DNA of 64,000 bases from an uncultured Spirochaetota bacterium (lineage in GTDB: Bacteria; Spirochaetota; Spirochaetia; SZUA-6; Fen-1364), in NCBI GenBank assembly GCA_963781885.1, contig CAWAHW010000004.1, forward strand, positions 32,001 through 96,000. The letters run 5' to 3'. A program made the translations under genes and the position numbers. How positions within the stretch are numbered: position 1 is the first letter of the stretch; each line of letters starts with the position of its first letter. The notes beneath the pieces are model-generated. The model searched no databases, was not told the DNA's origin, and was given only the letters and a program-made list of their open reading frames with translations. Positions 10,027-18,135 of the stretch are shown here, piece after piece.

Positions 10027-10794
10027 TCAGACGACCCCGTACCCCATGAAGACCTCCTTGATCTCGGCTTCATGGCGCGCGAACTTCTCGCTCTTCAGGA
10101 CGGAAAAATCCCGCGGCCGGGGGAGGTCGATGTCGATCGTCCGATCCACCATACCGGGGCGCGGGGTGATGAGCACGACGCGGTCGGAGAGCTGCACGGC
10201 CTCCCCGATGTCGTGCGTGACGAAGACGAGCGTCTTGCGCGTCGAAAGCCAGAGCCGCTCGAGGTCGCGGCGCAGCTGCTCGCGCGTCATGGCATCCAGG
10301 GCGCCCAGCGGCTCATCCATCAGGATCAGCGGGGGATCGTGGATGAGCGCCCGGCAGAAAGCGGTGCGCTGCTGCATGCCCCCGGAAAGCTCGTAGGGAT
10401 GCTTGTGGAGAAAGTCCTTCAGCCCGACCGACGTGAGGAGCTGGACGGCCTTGGCTTCATACGCGGCGCGATCCAGCTTGCGCATCTCGATCTGGAGAAG
10501 CACGTTGCCCAGCACGTCGCGCCAGTCGACCAGCACGGGGCTCTGAAATACGATGCCAATGTTGGTCTGGGGCTCGCGCACCTCCCTGCCCTCGATTGCG
10601 ATGGCGCCCTCCGTAGGCTCGACCAGGCCCGCGATCATCATGAGCAGGGTGCTCTTGCCGCAGCCCGAGGGCCCGAGCAAGGAGACGAACTCCCCCCGCT
10701 TCACCTGGAGACTCAACGGTCCCACCGCGTGCACGGCGTCCTTGCGCGACGCGAACACCTTCTTCACCGCGTCCAACCTGATGGCATCGTCCAA
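10027..10794 (-). CDS. ABC transporter ATP-binding protein (NitT/TauT family)
   Basis: Walker A GPSGCGKS, signature LSGGMQQR, Walker B ILMDEP, H-loop VTHD. Confidence 0.96.
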   Translation of the reverse strand: MDDAIRLDAVKKVFASRKDAVHAVGPLSLQVKRGEFVSLLGPSGCGKSTLLMMIAGLVEPTEGAIAIEGREVREPQTNIGIVFQSPVLVDWRDVLGNVLLQIEMRKLDRAAYEAKAVQLLTSVGLKDFLHKHPYELSGGMQQRTAFCRALIHDPPLILMDEPLGALDAMTREQLRRDLERLWLSTRKTLVFVTHDIGEAVQLSDRVVLITPRPGMVDRTIDIDLPRPRDFSVLKSEKFARHEAEIKEVFMGYGVV

Positions 10795-10873
10795 AACGTG
10801 GGCTCCTCTTTCCGGCGCGTGAGGGAGGCATCGGCGTCACCTTCGCCTCCGGGAATACGGTTCCTCTGATCGG

Positions 10874-10938
10874 CGGGTGCGGAGGGGATCCGACCGCGCC
10901 GCACCCGAATGCGGCGCGCGGCGGGACCGCCGCGCGCC
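10874..10938. terminator. Two GC-rich intergenic stem-loops downstream of the SBP gene (mRNA stabiliser or attenuator)
   Basis: CGGGTGCGG(10874-82)/CCGCACCCG(10899-907) and GGCGCGCGGCGG-GA-CCGCCGCGCGCC(10913-38); no U-tract. Confidence 0.45.
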
Positions 10939-10947
10939 CGGAATCTC

Positions 10948-11964
10948 CTATTTCAAGAAGTCGTTCGTGTAGAATTGGGACGCCTGCATGGTCGTCTGGA
11001 GCCCCGAGAACTTCTGCAGGAGGCTCTCCGCGCTTTCCCAATCCTTCGCGACGTTCAGCCCCAGCACCTTGTCGGTGTTGTTGGGAGAGTAAAGGATGGA
11101 CAGGGTCACGTCCAGGACGGTCCGCGCCTGCTTTGCATCGACGGCGGCGCCGCCGGCCCACCGAACGAGGGACTGGATGCACGCATCGGGGTCGGCCTGT
11201 GCCGCCTGGATGGACTGCACCGTGGCCTTCACGAAGCGCCGCACGAGGTCGGGATTGCTCTTCACGAGGTCGGTGTTCGCCACGATGGAGTATCCCGGCT
11301 GGTACACGCCGTAGGAGGAGTACGGGATTTCGACAGGCATCTGGCCGCCCTCGGCCACGATTTGCGCGGGCTTGTCGTCGATGCCGCCGAGCATGGCAGG
11401 CGCAAGACCCTGGAGGTAGCTTGCGACGAGGGCGTTTTCAGAGACGTTCACGAGCTCGATGGAGCTGGGATCGACGCCGGCGTTCTGCGCCGCGACGGCG
11501 AAGAACGTGTTCACGCCGGCGCCCGCCGTCGTGAGGACCTTCTTGCCCACGAGGTCCTTGAATGTCTTGATGCCGGAATCCGGCCGCGCGAGCACGGCGT
11601 CCGTGCCCATCGCGTCGACCTCCATGACGGAGATCACCGGGGCAGCCTGCGCCGCGAGGTTCATCATCGTCGCCGACGAGACGTAGGCGAAGGTGTCTTC
11701 CTTGTTCGCGACGAGCCTCACCGCGTTGCCGGAGCCGTTGCCCTGGCGCACGACGAGGTCGATGCCCTGCGCCGCGTAGAACCCCTTGTCGATGCCCAGG
11801 AAAAAGATGCCGTGGGACCCGTAGAAGAGCCAGTTCGTGCGGAGCGTCACCTTGTCCATGCCCGGTTTCGCGGACTCTTTCGCTCCGTTTGCGAAGACGG
11901 CCCCGACCAGACAAATGCCCAGCACGACCGCGAGCATTGTGACGACCAACCTTTTGCGAATCAT
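10948..11964 (-). CDS. ABC substrate-binding protein, NMT1/THI5-like
   Basis: Signal peptide, VTLRTNWLFYGSH..KGFYAAQGIDL..GNGS; AGGAGG RBS. Confidence 0.9.
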   Translation of the reverse strand: MIRKRLVVTMLAVVLGICLVGAVFANGAKESAKPGMDKVTLRTNWLFYGSHGIFFLGIDKGFYAAQGIDLVVRQGNGSGNAVRLVANKEDTFAYVSSATMMNLAAQAAPVISVMEVDAMGTDAVLARPDSGIKTFKDLVGKKVLTTAGAGVNTFFAVAAQNAGVDPSSIELVNVSENALVASYLQGLAPAMLGGIDDKPAQIVAEGGQMPVEIPYSSYGVYQPGYSIVANTDLVKSNPDLVRRFVKATVQSIQAAQADPDACIQSLVRWAGGAAVDAKQARTVLDVTLSILYSPNNTDKVLGLNVAKDWESAESLLQKFSGLQTTMQASQFYTNDFLK

Positions 11965-12078
11965 ACGAGACCTCCTCTGCACACCCATTCGACGGGTAGA
12001 AACTCTACCCCCGCCCGGTCACACCTGACGACGAACGATCGGCCGCGGTTTCCGAGCTTCGCCGCGGCCGCTCATCAC

Positions 12079-13521
12079 CTATTTGATGCCGAACTTCTTC
12101 TCCGCTTCGCCGAAGACCTTGTCGAAGATCGCGAGCACCCCGTCGAGCTCCGTACGCGCGATGTTCAGCGGCGGGATGAGCTGCAGGCGGTTGTGGTAGT
12201 AGCCACCCTTCTCGAAGACGAGTCCCTCCGCGACGCACCGCGCCAGGACGAATGCGCTCTCCTGCGCGGCAGGCTCCTTCGTCACGCGGTCCCGCACCAG
12301 CTCGAGCCCGGTGTAGATGCCCTTCATGTTGATGTGCCCGAGCAGGGGGTGGCGCTTCTGCAGCTCCTGGAGACCCTTCAGGAAGTACGCCCCCGTCTCG
12401 TTCACCTTCTGGAGAAATGCGGGGGAGGAGACGACGTCCAGGACGTAATTGCCCGCGGCGCAGGCAAGCGCATTTCCCGCCTGCGTGGAGACGTGGGCAC
12501 CCGGCCCCCATTCCTTCAGGATTTCCTCCCGCGCGATGACCGCGGAGATCGGCACCCCTCCCCCGAGAGCCTTGGAGGTGAGGATCATGTCCGGCTCGAT
12601 CTCCGAGTGCTCGAATGCCCAGAGCTTTCCCGTGCGGCCCAGACCCGTCTGTATTTCATCCACGATGAGGAGGATGCCGTGCTTGTCCGCGATCCTCCGC
12701 AGCTCCTGCAGGTATTCCTTGGGGGGGATGTAGTAGCCGGCGGAGCTCTGGAAAGGCTCCACAAGGATTGCCGCCACGTTGCAGATGCCGTTCATGCCGT
12801 CCGTGTACGGGGTTTCCTTGCTGTCCAGGAGCCGGTCCAGAGTGCGGATCTCCTCCATGCCGAAGCCGGGAAACTTGTCCGTCGGCAGGCGGTACTCGTG
12901 CGGGAACGGGAAGTGACCGACCGCCGTGTCGGGGAGCACGGGATAGAAGAACTCCTGGAGGCCACCCTTGCCCGTGAGCCCCATGGTGCCGTACGTCACG
13001 CCGTGATAGTCGCCGTACGCGCTGAGGATGTACGGCTGCCCCGTGTAGTAGCGCGCGGCACGCACCGCCAGCTCCGTCGCATCGGAGCCGGTGACGCCGA
13101 AGATGACCTTCGTCTTGCCGGAAATGCGCGAGTTCTTGCAGAGCTTCTCGGCAAGCTGGATGCGCTGGGGATGGGGGAGATCGAAATAGTGCGTGAGCTT
13201 CCCCGCCTGTTCCTGGATGATCCGCGTGATGTCTTCATTGCACTCGCCGAGTGACGACACAGAGAAGCCAGACAGCAGGTCCAGGTACTCCTTGCCGTCG
13301 ACGTCGTAGAGGTGGGCGCCCTTTGCCCGCTCGATGATCGGCGGCACGTCGAACAAGCCCCAGCCGATGCTCCCGAATGACTCGTACTGCTGCCACTTCC
13401 GCGCCCATTCCTTGCCTTTTGGGCCGAAGGGCGATTTCTCGATCCGCTGGGCGAGGATCTCATCCGTCACCTTCAGCTTTTTTCTCTGGTTGATCTGACT
13501 CTCACGCGCCTTGTTGGTCAT
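12079..13521 (-). CDS. Class III PLP-dependent aminotransferase (GabT/omega-transaminase-like)
   Basis: YDVDGKEYLD, GSDATE, YHG, VEPFQ, DEIQTGLGRTG and PLP lysine in TSKALGGG. Confidence 0.93.
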   Translation of the reverse strand: MTNKARESQINQRKKLKVTDEILAQRIEKSPFGPKGKEWARKWQQYESFGSIGWGLFDVPPIIERAKGAHLYDVDGKEYLDLLSGFSVSSLGECNEDITRIIQEQAGKLTHYFDLPHPQRIQLAEKLCKNSRISGKTKVIFGVTGSDATELAVRAARYYTGQPYILSAYGDYHGVTYGTMGLTGKGGLQEFFYPVLPDTAVGHFPFPHEYRLPTDKFPGFGMEEIRTLDRLLDSKETPYTDGMNGICNVAAILVEPFQSSAGYYIPPKEYLQELRRIADKHGILLIVDEIQTGLGRTGKLWAFEHSEIEPDMILTSKALGGGVPISAVIAREEILKEWGPGAHVSTQAGNALACAAGNYVLDVVSSPAFLQKVNETGAYFLKGLQELQKRHPLLGHINMKGIYTGLELVRDRVTKEPAAQESAFVLARCVAEGLVFEKGGYYHNRLQLIPPLNIARTELDGVLAIFDKVFGEAEKKFGIK

Positions 13522-13571
13522 CGCACGCCTCCGTTGGTGAAATGTGTGTTCCGATCTCGGGCTTCAAATCT

Positions 13572-14729
13572 CTACAAGGCCATTCGGACGAACGCCGCGA
13601 TGCTCTCTTCGGTTATCTCGCGCGGATTGCCCGCCTGGAGATCCTTCGTGCGGTTCTTCAGAATGGCGAGGATGGAAGGCACGGCCTCCTTCGTGACGCC
13701 GAGGTCCGACAGCCGGGCAGGGATGCCGATGTCGTGCAGCAGGGAGCGCACGCGCAGCACCGCCTTTTTTGCCGCCTCGTCCGTGCCGAGCGTCGCCACG
13801 TTCTCCCCCAGGGCCTGGGCGATCCGCGCCAACCTCACCGCGCTCTCCGCGCGGTTGAACTCCATCGCGTAGGGGAGAAGCAGGGCGGCGGTCTCTCCGT
13901 GATGGGTCTTGAAAAGGGCGCCGACTGCTTCGCTCACGTGGTGTCCAATGACCACGTCCACGGCGCTGATGGCGATGCCGGCCAGGCTGCTCGCCCAGCC
14001 CATGGCCAGCCGGTGCTCCAGATTCCGTCCGTCCTGCGTGGCCGCACGCAGGTGCTCTCCGCAGAGCCGGATGGACTCCAAGGCCAGGAGATCGGAAAAG
14101 GGGGTGGCGCGCTTCGTGAGGTACGCCTCGATGCCCTGCGCCAGCACGTCCCCGCCTGCTTTTGCGGTCAGGTCCGGACGGGTCGTGCTCATGAGCTCCG
14201 CGTCGATGATGGCGACCAGTGGAATGATGTAGTCGCTTGCAAAGCCTTCCTTGAGGCGCGCCTTTTCATCGCTGATGACGGCGTACTTCGTGACCTCGCT
14301 GCCCGTGCCGGCCGTGGAAGGCACCCCGATCAGGGGAAGGACCGGCCCGGTGATTTCCTTGCCTCCCACGTAGTCCCAGATGTCGCCGCCGTGCCGCGCC
14401 AGGACCGCGATGCCTTTCGCCACGTCGAGGGCGCTTCCGCCGCCAAGCCCGATCACCAGGTCGATCTTGTCGGCACGCGCCAGCGCTCCCCCCTGGTTCA
14501 CGGTGTCGCGGGACGGGTTGGAATCCACCTTGTCGAAAAGCTCCACGGAGACCCCCGCCTGCTCGAGGGAGCGAGTGGCTTTTGCCGTGTAGCCCGCTTC
14601 CTTCATGCTCTTGCGCCCGGTAACGAGCAGTGCTTTTCTGCCAAGCCTTCTTGCCTGATCGCCAAGGAGTTGCAGTGCCTTTTCGCCGGCGAGAATCCGG
14701 GTGGGTGAATACGATTCAAATCCAAGCAT
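13572..14729 (-). CDS. Iron-containing alcohol dehydrogenase
   Basis: GLGGGSALDVAK, PSTAGTGSEVT, HH..THHG metal ligands; GGAGG RBS before ATG 14729. Confidence 0.93.
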   Translation of the reverse strand: MLGFESYSPTRILAGEKALQLLGDQARRLGRKALLVTGRKSMKEAGYTAKATRSLEQAGVSVELFDKVDSNPSRDTVNQGGALARADKIDLVIGLGGGSALDVAKGIAVLARHGGDIWDYVGGKEITGPVLPLIGVPSTAGTGSEVTKYAVISDEKARLKEGFASDYIIPLVAIIDAELMSTTRPDLTAKAGGDVLAQGIEAYLTKRATPFSDLLALESIRLCGEHLRAATQDGRNLEHRLAMGWASSLAGIAISAVDVVIGHHVSEAVGALFKTHHGETAALLLPYAMEFNRAESAVRLARIAQALGENVATLGTDEAAKKAVLRVRSLLHDIGIPARLSDLGVTKEAVPSILAILKNRTKDLQAGNPREITEESIAAFVRMAL

Positions 14730-14754
14730 TGCAGCCTCCATAACAATCTGGATG

Positions 14755-14785
14755 AACGATAACGATAAACGAAATCGTTATCGTT
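14755..14785. promoter_or_regulatory. Palindromic operator 1 (probable LacI-family site)
   Basis: Perfect AACGATAACGAT-N7-ATCGTTATCGTT, just downstream of a minus-strand TTGACA(14824-19)-N18-TAGAGT promoter. Confidence 0.7.
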
Positions 14786-14880
14786 AATTGACACACTCTA
14801 AACATGTCCGGTCCAATCTGTCAAGAAAAATATTAAAAAATATCAGTTTTGCTTTGTTAATTTTCGCTTAAGTCTGCATG

Positions 14881-14932
14881 TTGACAAATGTGAAAGTTTC
14901 CTATAGCATACTTTAACGATATCGGAAATCGT
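14881..14932 (+). promoter_or_regulatory. Promoter of rraA-lacI with operator 2
   Basis: TTGACA(14881-86)-N17-TAGCAT(14904-09), followed by ACGAT-N7-ATCGT (14916-32), the same core as operator 1. Confidence 0.65.
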
Positions 14933-14958
14933 AAAAGCGAGAGACAAAGGGAGGCGAA

Positions 14959-15708
14959 ATGCGGGAATCCTACTATTCTGCGGCGGAGCTGCAAGTACTG
15001 CGCGCGCTGAGCGTTCCAACGCTTGCAAACGCCCTGGAAACATTCAAGGTGACGAATCCAAACGACGGCTGCTGCGATTCCTCGATTCTCTGCCGTTTTC
15101 CCGCGCTCCCGATCATGGTGGGATACGCGGTGACGTCGAAAGTCACTACCGACCAGCCCATGGGCAAAGCCATGCGCGGCATCGACGAACACGCGTACTG
15201 GGACTTTGTCGCGGGGCTGCCGGGCCCGAAGATCGCTGTCTGCCGGGACGTGGACACGCCGGTTCACGGGGCAATGTGGGGAGAGTTCAACTCGAATGTG
15301 CACAAGGCCCTGGGATGCGAAGGGGCGATCGTGGACGGAGCCGTGCGCGATCTGGACGGCGTTGAAAAGCTCGGCTTCCGGTTCTTCTCGCGCCACGTGC
15401 ATCCCTCCCACGGCAACGGGCTTTTCATCGACTATGGCGGGTCCGTCCGCATCGGGGGCCTGGAAATCGCGACCGGCGACCTTCTCGTCGCGGACCAGCA
15501 TGGCATTATGCGCATTCCCGAATCGGTGCCCCTCAAGGAGCTCGCGGAGACGGCGCGGGAAATCGACAGGCTGGAAAGCGAGGTCTTCGCGCTGTGCAAG
15601 TCTCCTTCATTCTCCGTGAACGACCTGAAGGCGCTCGACGCGAGCGTCATGAAGCGCTGGCCGGATCCGTTGCGCGGAAGGGCCCCGCAGGGGCAGCGGC
15701 ACCATTGA
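14959..15708 (+). CDS. RraA family protein / HMG-aldolase-like (class II pyruvate aldolase or decarboxylase)
   Basis: LANALE, VGYAVT, AMWGE, IVDGAVRD, GDLLVADQHG; GGGAGG RBS. Confidence 0.88.
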   Translation: MRESYYSAAELQVLRALSVPTLANALETFKVTNPNDGCCDSSILCRFPALPIMVGYAVTSKVTTDQPMGKAMRGIDEHAYWDFVAGLPGPKIAVCRDVDTPVHGAMWGEFNSNVHKALGCEGAIVDGAVRDLDGVEKLGFRFFSRHVHPSHGNGLFIDYGGSVRIGGLEIATGDLLVADQHGIMRIPESVPLKELAETAREIDRLESEVFALCKSPSFSVNDLKALDASVMKRWPDPLRGRAPQGQRHH

Positions 15709-15754
15709 TCGCCGTGCTATCATCGACCCTCATGCATGGCAGGGAGCGGACCTG

Positions 15755-16765
15755 ATGGGCGTCACGCTCAAGGAAATCGCGAAGATGGCGGGGGTCTCCG
15801 CCACCACTGTCTCCCGTGTGCTGAATGGAAAGGCGCCCGGCAACATGAGCCGGGAGACCCTGGAAAAAGTCACCCGCATCGTGGAGCTCACCGGCTATGC
15901 GCCGAATCCCGTTGCAAGCTCCCTGCGCAGCGGCTCCAGCAAGGTGATCGGAATCGTCCTGCCCAGCAGCACGAACCCGTACTACGCCCAGCTGGGCTCC
16001 TTCATCGAGAACGAGGCCTACAACAACGAGCACCTCATCTTCGTCTGCAACTCCAACTCCGACGTCGCGCGGGAGCGCCGCTATATCGAGGCGCTGAAGA
16101 ACCACCGGGTGTCGGGCATCCTCCTCTGCAGCACGGGTCTCACCAGCCAGGAGATCCAGGGCCTGCGGGAGGAGAACGCGCGCTGCGTGCTGCTGGACGA
16201 GGAAGTAAAGGACTACCAGGGCGACATCGTCGTGGGCGACGACTGGAGCGGCGGCCGCATGGGCGCGGAGTACCTCTACGGTCTGGGCCACCGGGAGATA
16301 CTCGTCATCCTGGGACCCGAGCAGCTCAGCTCCACGAAGAACAGGCTGGCCGGTTTCCTCTCCTTCTTCGCGTCGATCCCCGATGCCAAGAACACGATCA
16401 CGAATGGGGACTTCACCATCCAGTCAGGGTACGTCGCCGTGAGCGAGAAGCTTCGCCGCGCGCCGTTCACCGCGGTCTTTTCCTTCAACGACCTGATGGC
16501 CATCGGCGCCATCCACGCGCTGCAGACCAGCGGCGCGCGCGTCCCTGCCGACGTCTCCGTAATGGGCTACGACAACATTTTCATCGATCCTTACGTCTCG
16601 CCCGGGATTACGACCGTTTCCACCCCCCTGGACGAGCTGGCACGCACCGCCGTGGCCGCGGTCATTCACAACCCCTCGCAGCCCGCCGTCGCCCTGGGAA
16701 GGCGGACCATACTCCCGCGGATCATCGAGCGGGAATCCTGCGGACAGGCTGCCCGCGGGACCTGA
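15755..16765 (+). CDS. LacI family transcriptional regulator
   Basis: TLKEIAKMAGVSATTVSRVLN HTH, YAPNPVASSL hinge, periplasmic-binding-type C-terminal domain. Confidence 0.96.
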   Translation: MGVTLKEIAKMAGVSATTVSRVLNGKAPGNMSRETLEKVTRIVELTGYAPNPVASSLRSGSSKVIGIVLPSSTNPYYAQLGSFIENEAYNNEHLIFVCNSNSDVARERRYIEALKNHRVSGILLCSTGLTSQEIQGLREENARCVLLDEEVKDYQGDIVVGDDWSGGRMGAEYLYGLGHREILVILGPEQLSSTKNRLAGFLSFFASIPDAKNTITNGDFTIQSGYVAVSEKLRRAPFTAVFSFNDLMAIGAIHALQTSGARVPADVSVMGYDNIFIDPYVSPGITTVSTPLDELARTAVAAVIHNPSQPAVALGRRTILPRIIERESCGQAARGT

Positions 16766-16786
16766 CCCCGCGCGCGCGGAGAATCG

Positions 16787-17029
16787 CTACACCCTGCCCT
16801 TCCAGGCCGGCAGCCGGGTCATCATGTCCCTTGCGGAAGCCTTGGCCGCGTGCTCTTCGAAACCCTGCGTTTTCATGATGAAGGCCGCCAGGGACGCGAG
16901 CTTTTCATCGTAGGACTGCATGCTCCCATCCGTCCGCGCACAATGGACGCAATAGTCCCTCGTCACGTCCCCCGCGGCAAAATGTTCCGGCTTGGTCATG
17001 GGCATGCCGCATGAAATGCAGTCCTTCAT
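16787..17029 (-). CDS. Small zinc-ribbon protein
   Basis: CISCGMPM…DYCVHC and C-terminal LPAWK; GGAGG RBS. Confidence 0.85.
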   Translation of the reverse strand: MKDCISCGMPMTKPEHFAAGDVTRDYCVHCARTDGSMQSYDEKLASLAAFIMKTQGFEEHAAKASARDMMTRLPAWKGRV

Positions 17030-17052
17030 CGGTTCCTCCTGCTCCCTTTCTG

Positions 17053-17415
17053 TCATTCGACCGCAGCCGTCGGCCGGGCCGAATAGTCCGTGATGCCCAG
17101 CCTGTTTCCGAACGGGTCGTCGAACTCGGCGGCGAGTCCCGTTGCAATCTGGAATGGCGCGGTGACGAACCGGACGCCGCGGGCCTCCAATCTGGCGAAC
17201 TCCTCCCGGACGTCATCCACGGTGAACCATATGGCAGGACGGGAGTCCGGCCGCGCGGTAAGAATGATGGCCGGTTCCTGCGTGCCGACCCTGAAGCCGG
17301 TCATGCCCTTTGACGAGAAATCGAACTTCACATCGAGGCCGAGCACACCCTGATAGAACTCCTTGCCGCGTAACAGGTCGTCTGCCGGAAGAAAGAAATT
17401 GTCATAGTCCTTCAT
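17053..17415 (-). CDS. VOC/glyoxalase family protein
   Basis: FYQGVLG, WFTVDDV, AEFDDPFGNRLG. Confidence 0.9.
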   Translation of the reverse strand: MKDYDNFFLPADDLLRGKEFYQGVLGLDVKFDFSSKGMTGFRVGTQEPAIILTARPDSRPAIWFTVDDVREEFARLEARGVRFVTAPFQIATGLAAEFDDPFGNRLGITDYSARPTAAVE

Positions 17416-17419
17416 CGTT

Positions 17420-18031
17420 TCACCCCTTTTTCTCCGCCAGCGCGGAAATGAGACCATAAAAGTGCTCCACCAATGCCGGGCCATGCCGCTTCAGCACGGA
17501 CTGGCCAGGCGCCGCGAACGAGTCGGCGTGGGAGACGTAATGATGGACCAGACCGATCCAGGTGTTGAAAAGCAGGTGAAAAGGCATGTCCCGAATCACT
17601 CCCGCGGCGGATTCACGCTCGACCGCCTGGCTGAGGTGAAAGGAAATGGCGGACTGGATCATGACGACGGCGCTTTTCGCACGCGGGCTGAGCACCGACT
17701 CCTCCATCACAAGCCGCGCGTACAGAGGCTCGAACTCCGCCAGCCCCTGCACGTGGGCTTCCAGCAGCTCCTTCACGCCGGCGCCGGATTCGGAAAGCTC
17801 GTGGATGCGGCGCGCGACACGGGTGCCAAGCTCGTCGACAACCGCCTCCAGGAGATCCTCGCGCGAGGGAAAGTGGACGAAGACCGCCCCGTGCGAGACG
17901 CCGGCCTCGACGGCGATGTCGGAGGTGCGGGCGGCCGCCAGCCCGTCGCGCGCAAAACGGTCGAATGCCGCGTTCATGAGGAGATGCCGGGTCCGGCTTT
18001 TTCTCTTTGATCGAATGCTCTCAGTAATCAT
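17420..18031 (-). CDS. TetR/AcrR family transcriptional regulator
   Basis: TSDIAVEAGVSHGAVFVHFPSREDL HTH. Confidence 0.94.
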   Translation of the reverse strand: MITESIRSKRKSRTRHLLMNAAFDRFARDGLAAARTSDIAVEAGVSHGAVFVHFPSREDLLEAVVDELGTRVARRIHELSESGAGVKELLEAHVQGLAEFEPLYARLVMEESVLSPRAKSAVVMIQSAISFHLSQAVERESAAGVIRDMPFHLLFNTWIGLVHHYVSHADSFAAPGQSVLKRHGPALVEHFYGLISALAEKKG

Positions 18032-18090
18032 ACTGACTCCAAACTCACTGAGTTTATACTCAGTTTATAGCAACAAAGACTGACTGTCAA
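18021..18090 (-). promoter_or_regulatory. TetR operon promoter with palindromic operators
   Basis: TTGACA(18090-85)-N17-TAAACT(18067-62); inverted repeats ACTGAGT-N4-ACTCAGT(18047-64) and TCAGTA-N4-TACTGA(18021-36). Confidence 0.65.
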
Positions 18091-18135
18091 GCGCTTTTTC
18101 TGACGCGGACTCGGGGCGCCGCCTGAAACTAGGTA

